Made by a program: the position numbers and the translations under genes
Shown: positions 19,986 to 28,671 of the stretch, piece by piece
Numbering within the stretch: position 1 is the first letter of the stretch
Layout: every line of letters starts with the position of its first letter
The notes under the pieces: generated by a model
Told to the model about the DNA's origin: nothing
Database searches by the model: none
The model's input: the letters and a program-made list of their open reading frames with translations, nothing else
NCBI GenBank assembly: GCA_014727915.1
Contig: WJMO01000006.1
Location: 416,001-480,000, forward strand
Reading direction: 5' to 3'
DNA: 64,000 nucleotides
Origin: Candidatus Altiarchaeales archaeon
GTDB lineage: Archaea > Altiarchaeota > Altiarchaeia > IMC4 > SCGC-AAA252-I15

Positions 19986-21178
19986 TTCGCAAGCAGGATC
20001 ATAGTCTTGTTAAGCCACTTGCCCATGCCTTCAGACTCATAGGAGACCATTACGTCGAACTCGTAGGCAACACCGGGGAAGACCTCGTCCGCCAGGTCGA
20101 AATCGAACTCTTCGAGGGAGTAGGGTTCCATTCTCGAGTCAGCGACCTGAGTGTGAGACCTGCCATCTATGAAAACCTTAACGTCCTTGACCAAAACATC
20201 CTTGTCCGCGTTTGAGACTGCCAGGGTAAGGCTGCCATCCTGCATCTTGGAGGACATCCAGGAGACCAGAAGATCAGATTCCGAATATGAGAAGTCGAGG
20301 TAGTATGAGTCCTCGGAGGTTGCAAGCGAGAGCGTATGGTCACCCTCAGGTATGTGGCCGTCGACTATTATGAAGGGGTATATCACGTATTTTCCCTTTA
20401 CAGAGCCGTCCACTGCTATCCTGCTGCCCCAAAGCTTATTCTCGGGTATGTTATACAGCAAGAGAAACGTCTTGTTGTACTGGGGGTAATATGCAAGGTA
20501 CAGTATCCCCTCCCAAGGGCTCTCACCGTCCAAGACACTCTCTACAAAAGATGTGCGGGCCAGGAAGACAGAGTAGGTCTTCGCTATATCGGCAACGAGC
20601 ATGTGATGCTCCAAGTTGTTGTATTCGCTGCACTTGTCCTCGAAGAGGTACAGGGAGTTGCCCCCTGCCATGTCAGTCAAGGTTATCCAGTTCAGCGAGC
20701 TCAGCAGCAGGCTCTTACCCCGCATGCCAGCCCACCGGGTCTTGAAGAGGTGAGTGGTCTCGGGGAATGGTGATTTCTCGACCGGGAAGAACTGCGAGGC
20801 CACTGCGGCAGGCCTGTACCTGTGCCATATCCTGAGGTACTCGCTCCTGGAGAGGTTCCTGCCATCACATGCGGAGAATACGCCCGTATCCCATAGGTTT
20901 ATGCCCATCTTGACCGAGTCGGTGTTCCACCAACCCACGAGAGTCAGCTTGTAAAGCCCGGCGTAGGGGTCGGCAGCCCTGGGCCTGTTGGCATAGTAGG
21001 CTTTGTAGGTTCCCGATATCAGGTAATCGTATATGGGGTCCCTGAACTTCATGGTCCCCTTGGAGACCATCTGGTCTAGGTTGCCCTCGCCTAGGAGGGG
21101 GCTCGACTCCACATAGTAGAGTTCGCCCAATGTCAGCAGTAAGCTGAAGGCGAACACTGATAAGAGTATCTTTTTCAT
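19982..21178 (-). CDS. Secreted/membrane-anchored hypothetical protein with a beta-sandwich-like C-terminus
   Basis: MKKILLSVFAFSLLLTLG signal/TM (ATG 21178, just after the upstream stop); C-terminal LTLAVSN...VKDVKV...YEFDVMVSY. Confidence 0.65.
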   Translation of the reverse strand: MKKILLSVFAFSLLLTLGELYYVESSPLLGEGNLDQMVSKGTMKFRDPIYDYLISGTYKAYYANRPRAADPYAGLYKLTLVGWWNTDSVKMGINLWDTGVFSACDGRNLSRSEYLRIWHRYRPAAVASQFFPVEKSPFPETTHLFKTRWAGMRGKSLLLSSLNWITLTDMAGGNSLYLFEDKCSEYNNLEHHMLVADIAKTYSVFLARTSFVESVLDGESPWEGILYLAYYPQYNKTFLLLYNIPENKLWGSRIAVDGSVKGKYVIYPFIIVDGHIPEGDHTLSLATSEDSYYLDFSYSESDLLVSWMSSKMQDGSLTLAVSNADKDVLVKDVKVFIDGRSHTQVADSRMEPYSLEEFDFDLADEVFPGVAYEFDVMVSYESEGMGKWLNKTMILLAN

Positions 21179-21179
21179 A

Positions 21180-21899
21180 TTATATGCCGAACGAGTTGAA
21201 CATGACCTCCACTGCATTGTTTACCGCGAACAGGTGGAAGTATATCCACCAGACCGGCCATATGATATTCAACGCGACCATAACTGATAGGGGAGCGACT
21301 GACATCCTAGCCCGCCTACCATCCAATGCCCCTATGAACTTGAGCCTCTCACCCACCGTGACATAGTATATCACCCACCCGAATGCGCTAGTTACCACCG
21401 TGTTCAAAAGCGATATGTTCCCTATGTAGTGGTAGGAGACCACGTTTAACAAGACCGGGAATGCGAAAACAACAACGGGTATTATGAGCAGCGAGACCAT
21501 CACCTGAAGTACCTTTATGAAATTGATGCTAGAACCCAGCAGCCGCATGATAAGATAGAGTATGGATGATATGGCGAGCGTCTCGGAAAGCTTCCCTGCG
21601 AAGGTGAACAATCCCATGTCAATGCTCGAGTTGAGTATGTCAGCTTCGAAACCCCAGAGCACCACGCCAATGTCTTCGAGGGAGTACCCCTGGCCCTGCA
21701 TCGAGAGCACCGCCACATCCACGAGGTAGTTGAACTTGCTGTACCCTAGGACGTAAGAGTTGACTCCGTGAAGAATTCCGAGAGAAAGAGAGAAGAAGAA
21801 TGCGAGTGTTAGCAGGTTGAACATGCTGGGCCGCTCCTCCTCCAAGAGTATGTAGAAGCTCTCAAGGTCTTTCAGCATAAGACCATAGTCCATGTTCAA
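21180..21899 (-). CDS. Multi-TM membrane protein (Yip1-like topology)
   Basis: About 5 hydrophobic helices; LYLIMRLLG...F pattern. Confidence 0.55.
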   Translation of the reverse strand: MNMDYGLMLKDLESFYILLEEERPSMFNLLTLAFFFSLSLGILHGVNSYVLGYSKFNYLVDVAVLSMQGQGYSLEDIGVVLWGFEADILNSSIDMGLFTFAGKLSETLAISSILYLIMRLLGSSINFIKVLQVMVSLLIIPVVVFAFPVLLNVVSYHYIGNISLLNTVVTSAFGWVIYYVTVGERLKFIGALDGRRARMSVAPLSVMVALNIIWPVWWIYFHLFAVNNAVEVMFNSFGI

Positions 21900-21921
21900 A
21901 TATCGTCAGCAATAAATATAA

Positions 21922-22398
21922 TTACCAGCTGACTGGTATCTCCTCTGGTAGGAAGCTCGAGTACGTCCGGTTTTCATCCATTCTTATGTCAAAGCCGCAT
22001 TGGAGGTCGTAGCACCTGAATACCGCATCCTCAAAGACCAAACCCTTCTTCATCACAATAGGCAGCGGAACGCCTTCGGAAGATAGAACATCCCCCCCAA
22101 CAGTCTTCAGAGAACATTGTCCGCCGCATTCCACCAGAAGGATGTCTACTGGATAGCATTCGAGAGGGCATTTCTGACATCTTTTCACGCATATGTCCGA
22201 AGAAACATGCTTGGAGGCGCCTGACAGGGATATGCGAGTCTCAGAACCTGAAATGGCATGTACCGCGTATCTTTCAGGTGCTGTAAGCCCGTAAACGTAG
22301 AACCCACCATCATATAACGCGTAAAACCCTAGCAGGACGTGGGGAGCCAATACCACGGCTATGAGAGTGAATCCCTTTCTCAGACGGTCATCCATCAT
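21922..22398 (-). CDS. Hypothetical protein, N-terminal TM and Cys-rich extracellular domain
   Basis: TM at about residues 10-29; C-x3-C-x2-C-x3-C cluster plus four further Cys; overlaps the PCNA stop. Confidence 0.6.
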   Translation of the reverse strand: MMDDRLRKGFTLIAVVLAPHVLLGFYALYDGGFYVYGLTAPERYAVHAISGSETRISLSGASKHVSSDICVKRCQKCPLECYPVDILLVECGGQCSLKTVGGDVLSSEGVPLPIVMKKGLVFEDAVFRCYDLQCGFDIRMDENRTYSSFLPEEIPVSW

Positions 22399-23138
22399 AC
22401 GGACTCTATCCTAGGGGCAAGGTAGTATATGACACGCCCGTCTCCTATGCTGTACTCCACCTTGAGGGGTGCGTCGGTCTTCAGGCTGATCATCACGACA
22501 CTCGGTATCTCAGCAGACTTGAGGATGTTGTTCAGGTAGTCGAGGGAATATACTGAGCGGGCCGGGGACTTCACGCTTATGCTCAGCAGCTTGTCCTCCG
22601 GGAACTCGATATCGGCGGAGCCCGTGTCTCCGTCGCTCTTGATGTTGAATCCCTTTTCCAGCTTCAGGGCAACGTGGTTGCTGATGAGCTCCGCATCCTT
22701 CAGCGCGTCCTTGATCATGTTCGGGGCTATCTTAACGTCAGCTGTGAACTCTATCTTCGGCTCCTTCGGGGGGTTGCCTGTGGAGTCGATTATTGCGGTG
22801 GTGAACTGCCTCCTCGTCTCGCCCTTAAAGACCATCTTGAGCCTGTTCTCGGCGAGCTTAAGCTCTATCTTGTCCTCGGGCTTGGAGCGTTTGGTGATCT
22901 TGCTGAGCTCAGAGAAGTCAACACCCAAGGATATGGGATTTTCGCACTTGAACTTCTCGAACGCCTTCGACGGGATCTCGAAGTCGACCAGGGCTATCTG
23001 GCTTGGGTCCATCGCCCTCAGCTTTATCCCTGAGGAGTCCACCTGGAAGGTTCCCTCGTCGATAAGCGCAGCGATGGCCTCAATGCTGTTACGCCAGGAT
23101 TTGGTATCGTTTATTACCGCTTCAAACAACTGCATCAC
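22395..23138 (-). CDS. pcn: DNA sliding clamp PCNA
   Basis: LRAMDPSQIALV, YSLDYL, DAPLKVEY, YYLAPRIE. Confidence 0.96.
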   Translation of the reverse strand: MMQLFEAVINDTKSWRNSIEAIAALIDEGTFQVDSSGIKLRAMDPSQIALVDFEIPSKAFEKFKCENPISLGVDFSELSKITKRSKPEDKIELKLAENRLKMVFKGETRRQFTTAIIDSTGNPPKEPKIEFTADVKIAPNMIKDALKDAELISNHVALKLEKGFNIKSDGDTGSADIEFPEDKLLSISVKSPARSVYSLDYLNNILKSAEIPSVVMISLKTDAPLKVEYSIGDGRVIYYLAPRIESV

Positions 23139-23177
23139 CCCTGAAATTGTTAGGTATATGGAAGTGGGGGTTAAAAA

Positions 23178-24716
23178 TCAACCGCCTCTAAAGCGGGCTA
23201 CGATGTGCTCTCTGCCCAGGCTGAGCATGAAAGCCGCAGCCTTGGGGCCCCGGTCATTTCCGATGAGCACCCTGTATATTGCCTTGAACAGTTTAGGCGG
23301 CTTAACACCGTTGGACCTGGCGACCTCGTATATTTTCTTGTGGAATTCCTCCGAGCTCCAATCACCATCCAGAAGACCCACAATCTCCTCCAGGCACTTT
23401 CGCTCGGAGTCAGATAGGCTGTCCCTCTCCCTACCAGCCTCTCCCTCCGAGTTCAACGTGAAGCGCAGATGATCGGGGCCGTATTTTTGAACCCAGTTGC
23501 CAGCCAACCTAACACGCCTATTAAGCCTTTCAACGTCGAATCCAGCGTATCCCATAGACTCCGCCTTGGAGGAGTACTCGCCTTCGAACGCCACTTGAGC
23601 TAGAACCGCGCATAGGGTGAAGGGAACATTAAGATACTTGGGTTCGCCCACTTGAGCGAGGTCGTACATCCTCGCCAGACCCATATCACCTTCCTGTCTC
23701 TTGTGGTATATCCGCTCGGCCTCGTCGTACTCGTCTGTGAGGTTGGATAGCAGGGATAGGTTAATGTCCCGCTGCTTCATGAGCCGCTTGTACATGAAGT
23801 ACTTAAGCACCTCCGGCTCGGCTATCACCAGCCAGTCAGCCAAGGTTATGACGTTACCCTTCGAGCTGGATATCTTCTCGCCGTTCAAGGTGAAGAACTC
23901 ATATACCAGGGGGACGGGGGGCGTCCAGTCGAACACCTCCTCCGATATTATCTTGCTGGTCTCATACGAGCCCCCTGCGGCAGCATGGTCTTTGCCGAAG
24001 GGTTCGCAGGTTACCTTGAACCGCCTCCACCGGGCAGCCCACTCAACCCTCCACGGCAGCTTACCCATGCCCTTGGAGGCGTCGCTGACGCCCTTGTGGC
24101 CGCATCCCTCGACTTCGCCGCCGGACACACCGGTTGAAACGCACTCGTAATCCGCCTTTAACCCATCGACTCCAAAGACTTTTGTGGTGCTTATCTTCCC
24201 GCATTTCTCGCATATGGGAGTCCAGGGCAGATAATCCTCTGGCAGGGGATCACGCCGGAATCTGTTCAATATATCCCTGATTTCAACCCTCTTCTCAAAC
24301 GCTGTTCTGATCTCCTCCACCAACTCCCCGTTCCTATAGAGGTCGGTGCCAGAGTGGACTTTAGGTTTTACGCCGAACTCTGACAAGTCCTGTATAAAGG
24401 GTTGGGCGAAGTGGTCGACGAAGTTACTGTGGCATCCGTCCAGGTCGGGGAGGTCCTTGACGGGGAACCCAAGATAATCATCTAATCCTTCCATTCCAGC
24501 GGGCACCTTCCGGAAGGGGTCGCTGTCGTCGCTTATCCAGATCAACTCCGCCTTGAGACCCGACTCCAACGCAGCCTTCCGTATGCAGTCCCCGCGGATG
24601 ACATCGCTTGCATTACCGATCTGAGGACGCCCAGATATGGAAGTGCCGGTGGCTATGACATGCTCCCCGCCCCGCTCTTCCAGCAGGCTGACAACATCGT
24701 CGCTCCAGTGCAACAT
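23178..24716 (-). CDS. lysS: Lysyl-tRNA synthetase, class I
   Basis: HW start, SISGRPQIGN, D..RKVP, C..CG, GKLPWRVEWAARW, EPFGKDH, KISSSKGN, GPK. Confidence 0.96.
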   Translation of the reverse strand: MLHWSDDVVSLLEERGGEHVIATGTSISGRPQIGNASDVIRGDCIRKAALESGLKAELIWISDDSDPFRKVPAGMEGLDDYLGFPVKDLPDLDGCHSNFVDHFAQPFIQDLSEFGVKPKVHSGTDLYRNGELVEEIRTAFEKRVEIRDILNRFRRDPLPEDYLPWTPICEKCGKISTTKVFGVDGLKADYECVSTGVSGGEVEGCGHKGVSDASKGMGKLPWRVEWAARWRRFKVTCEPFGKDHAAAGGSYETSKIISEEVFDWTPPVPLVYEFFTLNGEKISSSKGNVITLADWLVIAEPEVLKYFMYKRLMKQRDINLSLLSNLTDEYDEAERIYHKRQEGDMGLARMYDLAQVGEPKYLNVPFTLCAVLAQVAFEGEYSSKAESMGYAGFDVERLNRRVRLAGNWVQKYGPDHLRFTLNSEGEAGRERDSLSDSERKCLEEIVGLLDGDWSSEEFHKKIYEVARSNGVKPPKLFKAIYRVLIGNDRGPKAAAFMLSLGREHIVARFRGG

Positions 24717-24769
24717 CAGTATAGATAATAAAATGAAGCTATTAAAGGAATGCGTCGCTAATCATAAAC

Positions 24770-24829
24770 GGCGGTGTGATGACGCGAACAACCTCTGACA
24801 TATGATGAGTGATGGGCGACCTGACCGCC
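24770..24829 (+). ncRNA. Box C/D 2'-O-methylation guide sRNA (double guide)
   Basis: GGCGG stem, C box GTGATGA (24776-82), 12-nt guide CGCGAACAACCT, D' CTGA (24795-98), C' ATGATGA (24802-08), 12-nt guide GTGATGGGCGAC, D CTGA (24821-24), CCGCC stem; TATA-like ATTAAA about 25 nt upstream. Confidence 0.9.
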
Positions 24830-24932
24830 AAAAAAAGGTCACAAGCACTTCACAGGTGCGTCCCGTGAACGCGGGATGCGCCGTTTGTCGTCGGCAAACT
24901 CCGACGATGAGTGATGGGCGACCTGACCGCCA
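24804..24932 (+). repeat. 27-bp exact direct repeat of the sRNA 3' half
   Basis: GATGAGTGATGGGCGACCTGACCGCCA at 24804-24830 and 24906-24932. Confidence 0.92.
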
Positions 24933-24954
24933 TTTGAAGTTATGTTATGATAAG

Positions 24955-25833
24955 ATGAAGGACGAGATCAAGAGGAGCATCGATCATATGCTGGAGACGT
25001 CGCCGATCCGGAGGACCTTCTGGCACCAGGACGAGAAGGTGGAGGGCCTCAGGTATGGGATACAGCAGGGCGACGACGGAGCCGTGGTCGGAGACCTCGT
25101 GTACAACATGGAAGGCCCCTACCCCTTGAAAACCGGGCGGAAAACCGGTTTACTCCACAGTATAACCGATATCATCGGCATGGGCGCAAGGCCACTTTAC
25201 GCGTTCAATGCCATGCAGGTGGACAGCATAAAAGAGGCGGTTGAGGTTTCTGAGGACCTGAAGAAGCAGGCCAACGGAATCGGCGTTCCCATCATCGGCG
25301 GGAACACCCAGATGGAGAACGACCTGAAGCCGTGCATAAGCTTCGTCGTAGTTGGCAAGCTCATCCGGGAGCCATTGGCCGACTGCGGCTGCAGGATAGG
25401 GGACAAGATAGTCATGGTAGGCCATGTTATGGACGGCACCCTTGGGGAGAGGGTGTACCGGGCGAAGGTCAAGTACAAGACAATGCTCGAACTCTACGAT
25501 GAAGCGGTGGATATCCATGCGGTCAAGGACGCGAGCCGGGGAGGGTGGTTCGGGAACCTGGCTGAGATGCTGGTGAAGAGCAAGCGGGGATTCAAGATAA
25601 CGGCAGTGCCATACGCGAGCCCGACTAGGTACATGGGCACTTACATGATAAGCGTCCCCAAAAAGGAAGTGGACAAGGTGGTGTCAGTGGCAGCCAGGAA
25701 CAAGTGCCCATGCGTGGAAGTCGGGCAGGTGATGAAAGGACTTTACATAAAGCTCGGAGACGAGATGCTGGTAACTGAGGCTAGGATGAAGAAGCTGATA
25801 AGGGGAATGCCCTACCGGAAGCCGAAAAAATAG
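24955..25833 (+). CDS. AIR synthase-related (PurM/ThiL/HypE superfamily) protein
   Basis: GDDGAVV, DIIGMGARPL, IIGGNT, KDASRGGW.GNLAEM; start reassigned to ATG 24955 because the track's 5' extension overlaps the sRNA. Confidence 0.82.
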   Translation: MKDEIKRSIDHMLETSPIRRTFWHQDEKVEGLRYGIQQGDDGAVVGDLVYNMEGPYPLKTGRKTGLLHSITDIIGMGARPLYAFNAMQVDSIKEAVEVSEDLKKQANGIGVPIIGGNTQMENDLKPCISFVVVGKLIREPLADCGCRIGDKIVMVGHVMDGTLGERVYRAKVKYKTMLELYDEAVDIHAVKDASRGGWFGNLAEMLVKSKRGFKITAVPYASPTRYMGTYMISVPKKEVDKVVSVAARNKCPCVEVGQVMKGLYIKLGDEMLVTEARMKKLIRGMPYRKPKK

Positions 25834-25837
25834 TTTT

Positions 25838-26755
25838 TTATTCTATGAAGTTGTTGCGCGTGTACTTGTTCTGGCACTTGCCCTCCCCATCACGTGAGAT
25901 GAAGCACTGTTGCATGGGACCGCAGGGCTCCACCAGCTCCTCCACAACGTTGGTTTCACAGCTTGAAGCCCTTGTTTCCGGGTTTTTGCAGAAATGGGAG
26001 ATAGTAACCCTGAAAAGGTCATTTTCCCTGCACTCATACTCTGTCCTTATGGACCCGCAGTCGCCGTCGTCGTTGCAGCGGATGTAATCCGCCAATGTGG
26101 TGGTAGTCGACTCGTCCGCCTCGTCCTGGTCGCAGATGGTGTTGTTGTTCAAGTCAAGGCAGCACCCCAGGCCGAATCTCATGTAAGGCGGCGCACAAAC
26201 AATCTGTGGGAGAGTCGTCGTAGAGTCGGTCGTTGACGTTGTCGAGGTTGAAGTTGTTGAAGTTGTTGACACTGTAGTTGATGTCTCGATCATCTGACTC
26301 TCTTCTATTGTCGAGTTGGATTCAACCACGACCGCCTCCGGTTGGCTGTGGGTCAAAGCTAGGACGATGGATATGAGGAACATCCCGCCAAACACTGTAA
26401 CCAGCAAAAGGAATATGAAGATCAGAGAGTACTTCAACGGCTCTGGCATCCGGGAGAGTCTGCGATATGGGTCGGAGTGTTTGATCTCATCAACGCTTGA
26501 CCTGGCCCAAGTTGAAGCTTCATCTGCGAAGGACTTGGCCTGCACCTTCTTCTCTTCAACCTCCAACGCAAGCAGTTGCTTCTTCAACTGCTTCTTTTTC
26601 AACCTAATCTCGGAGGATTTACTCTCCAGAGGGGTTTCACCATCGGAGACAGGGTTTTCAGGAGCCTTCTTGGACTTGCCTGCCGTCTTTTTCTTTGCCT
26701 TCTTTTTAGCCTTCTTACGGCTCTTCTTGGCTTTTTTCGCTTTTTTAGCAGCCAT
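25838..26755 (-). CDS. Bitopic membrane protein: Lys-rich N-tail, TM, Thr-rich stalk, Cys-rich modules
   Basis: MAAKKAKKAKK N-terminus, TM, poly-T/S stalk, CAPPYMRFGLGCCLDLNNNTICDQDE, second Cys-rich domain. Confidence 0.75.
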   Translation of the reverse strand: MAAKKAKKAKKSRKKAKKKAKKKTAGKSKKAPENPVSDGETPLESKSSEIRLKKKQLKKQLLALEVEEKKVQAKSFADEASTWARSSVDEIKHSDPYRRLSRMPEPLKYSLIFIFLLLVTVFGGMFLISIVLALTHSQPEAVVVESNSTIEESQMIETSTTVSTTSTTSTSTTSTTDSTTTLPQIVCAPPYMRFGLGCCLDLNNNTICDQDEADESTTTTLADYIRCNDDGDCGSIRTEYECRENDLFRVTISHFCKNPETRASSCETNVVEELVEPCGPMQQCFISRDGEGKCQNKYTRNNFIE

Positions 26756-26824
26756 CGTACCCCACAGAGAAGAAAAATAAGTTATAAGATATAGTAAATA
26801 AGTCATAAAAAATAAGTCATGGGG

Positions 26825-27397
26825 TTATTTTGTGGTTGTGGAGGCTAGAGAATCGCCTCCGCATGCTCCGCCGCTGCAACCTCCCCCGCATATGATATCT
26901 ATCACCTTTATGAACCCGTCATCACAGTAGTACTCGTATATCCTGTCACCGACACAGTAGTCGTAGTATTGGATGCCCTCAAAATCAACCCATCCCTTGA
27001 TGTCAGTGTTGATGAGGCCTTCAGCTCCGTCGGAGTCGACGCATACCATACCTGCTGAGGTGGTGGCTGATAGGAGGTCGGGCATTAGTGGAACATGAAC
27101 ATCTTCGTCAAGCGCACTCGTGGAAGATGAAGGCTTAACTTCAGCTGAGGACTTCGAAGTCGCCACACCAGGTTGTGTTGTTGAAGTGGTAGCGTGCGAC
27201 ACCGGCCTGCGGAGAGTGTCCATTGATGTTGAAGTAGACACTACTATCTCGAAGTTGTCCCGTTCTCTTGGAGTTTCTATGGTGGTTGTTGACTCGTTGC
27301 CATAGAAGGTGACAGAGTGCACTTTTGGTTCTGGCTGGTAGCAGCAGCACAGGCACCCCGACAACAATACCAGGAAGGACAGGACCAGATACCTCAT
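26825..27397 (-). CDS. Lipoprotein-like surface protein with Cys-rich C-terminal module
   Basis: MRYLVLSFLVLLSGCLCCC; S/T-rich linker; CVDSDG...KG...DYC....EYYC...C..GC..GAC. Confidence 0.75.
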   Translation of the reverse strand: MRYLVLSFLVLLSGCLCCCYQPEPKVHSVTFYGNESTTTIETPRERDNFEIVVSTSTSMDTLRRPVSHATTSTTQPGVATSKSSAEVKPSSSTSALDEDVHVPLMPDLLSATTSAGMVCVDSDGAEGLINTDIKGWVDFEGIQYYDYCVGDRIYEYYCDDGFIKVIDIICGGGCSGGACGGDSLASTTTK

Positions 27398-27545
27398 CTC
27401 AGTTAGTGGATTGGAATAAATAAAGATAAACACAGTATTCAACAGCCAAACCCCCAAGACACGGAAGGGCGATAATCGTGGTTAAACGCGCCTTTTAAGT
27501 GGTTTTTGGGTATTTTGGTTTTTCAGGCTTTGATTTTGGGGTTCG

Positions 27546-28001
27546 ATGACGGTCAGGGTAAGGCGGTTCAGGGATGGGGACGCGAGGAAGGCTTCTGACA
27601 TGATACGGAAGACCCAGAGGGAAGTCAATAGTAGATACTACAGTAGGAGCGTCATCGAAAGACTATGCAAGACCATGACACCAGGCAAGATGAAGGAGTA
27701 CTCGGAGGAGAGGATCTTCTACGTCGCGGTCGACGGAGAAAAAATAGTCGGGACTGTGACGTTGGCAGAAGACAATCACATCGGCACATTATTCGTGCAC
27801 CCACGATACCATAACATGGGCGTGGGAAGGAAGCTGATGGAGAAGATTGAGGAAGTTGCGCGAAAGAGAGGTGTGAAGAGGATGCGCTTGAGCGCGGCAG
27901 TGAACGCCGTCGGATTCTACAAAAGGATAGGATACAAGCATCCGAGAAAATTCAAAGACAAATGCTGCAGCACAGTATACAAGATGAGCAAGAAACTCTG
28001 A
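27546..28001 (+). CDS. GNAT family N-acetyltransferase
   Basis: LFVHPRYHNMGVGRKLM (motif A), NAVGFYKRIGY (motif B). Confidence 0.92.
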   Translation: MTVRVRRFRDGDARKASDMIRKTQREVNSRYYSRSVIERLCKTMTPGKMKEYSEERIFYVAVDGEKIVGTVTLAEDNHIGTLFVHPRYHNMGVGRKLMEKIEEVARKRGVKRMRLSAAVNAVGFYKRIGYKHPRKFKDKCCSTVYKMSKKL

Positions 28002-28018
28002 CAGGGAAAAAATGGTTT

Positions 28019-28671
28019 TTTGCCGCCGGCCTAAACCGCGAGGCTACCGCCCCCCAGTTTCAAGTTCTTCCTGACCCCCGAAACGAAATGTGCCATCTAC
28101 GATGGCACAGAATGCATTATCTAACGAATAACTAATTACTTTTTCGGATTTTCAATCAGAAAATCATAAACAAAGGGAAACAACAAAAAGATCACCGCAG
28201 TTAAAATAACACCCAATAACTCCCAAAAACGTGGGTAAAACAGGTTTAATATCAATGGGGAAAAAATGAGATACACTATTCCAACGAATAATCTTCTGTT
28301 TTTATCAACAAAAACAATACCTCCACCAATTAATCCGCCGATATAGAAGCCCAAACGTTTTTGACTATTGTCTAACTGTTTTCCTATAAAATTAACCTAT
28401 GATGGTACTTCCATTAATTAGGGCTAATGATGAAAGAAAAAATACTGATAAAAGTATTATTAGAACCGGTGTGATATTTTTGAAATAAACAATAGTATTA
28501 GGAATTCCTAAAAAGAAAACAGCAGCAATCAGGGTTATTTCAAGATTATTAATTCTATCAGCAGTTGTATAGTCCTTGATTTTCTTCATTGTTGGTAGTG
28601 CGTTCGGTGGGGTCTTTAGACCCCACTGTACTCGCTGCGCGTGTAAACGGAGCGAGCCGTTTGCCGCCGGC
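28019..28671. mobile_element. Small AT-rich islet at the tRNA-Phe 3' end (putative integrative-element remnant)
   Basis: TTTGCCGCCGGC at 28019-28030 and 28660-28671 (tRNA 3' end); AT-rich interior; hairpins near both ends; no integrase present. Confidence 0.5.
28136..28589 (-). pseudogene. Hydrophobic membrane protein gene split by a frameshift/stop (or two small ORFs)
   Basis: ORF 28589-28392 (MKKIKDY...STIIG*) continues in a shifted frame (VNFIGKQLDNSQKRLGFYIGG...) to 28136. Confidence 0.45.

Noticed and set aside
24804-24932. Possible mini-CRISPR array
   Set aside because: Only two repeats, a 75-bp spacer, no cas genes in the window, and the repeat is explained by sRNA boxes.
24802-24954. 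N-terminal extension with a repeated MSDGRPDR peptide on the AIR-synthase-like ORF
   Set aside because: The repeat is the DNA duplication of the C/D sRNA 3' half; ATG 24955 is the more plausible start.
28086-28376. Integron attC-like sites (ATCTAAC, GTCTAAC near a palindrome)
   Set aside because: Order and orientation do not give RYYYAAC-hairpin-GTTRRRY after the gene, and no integrase is present.
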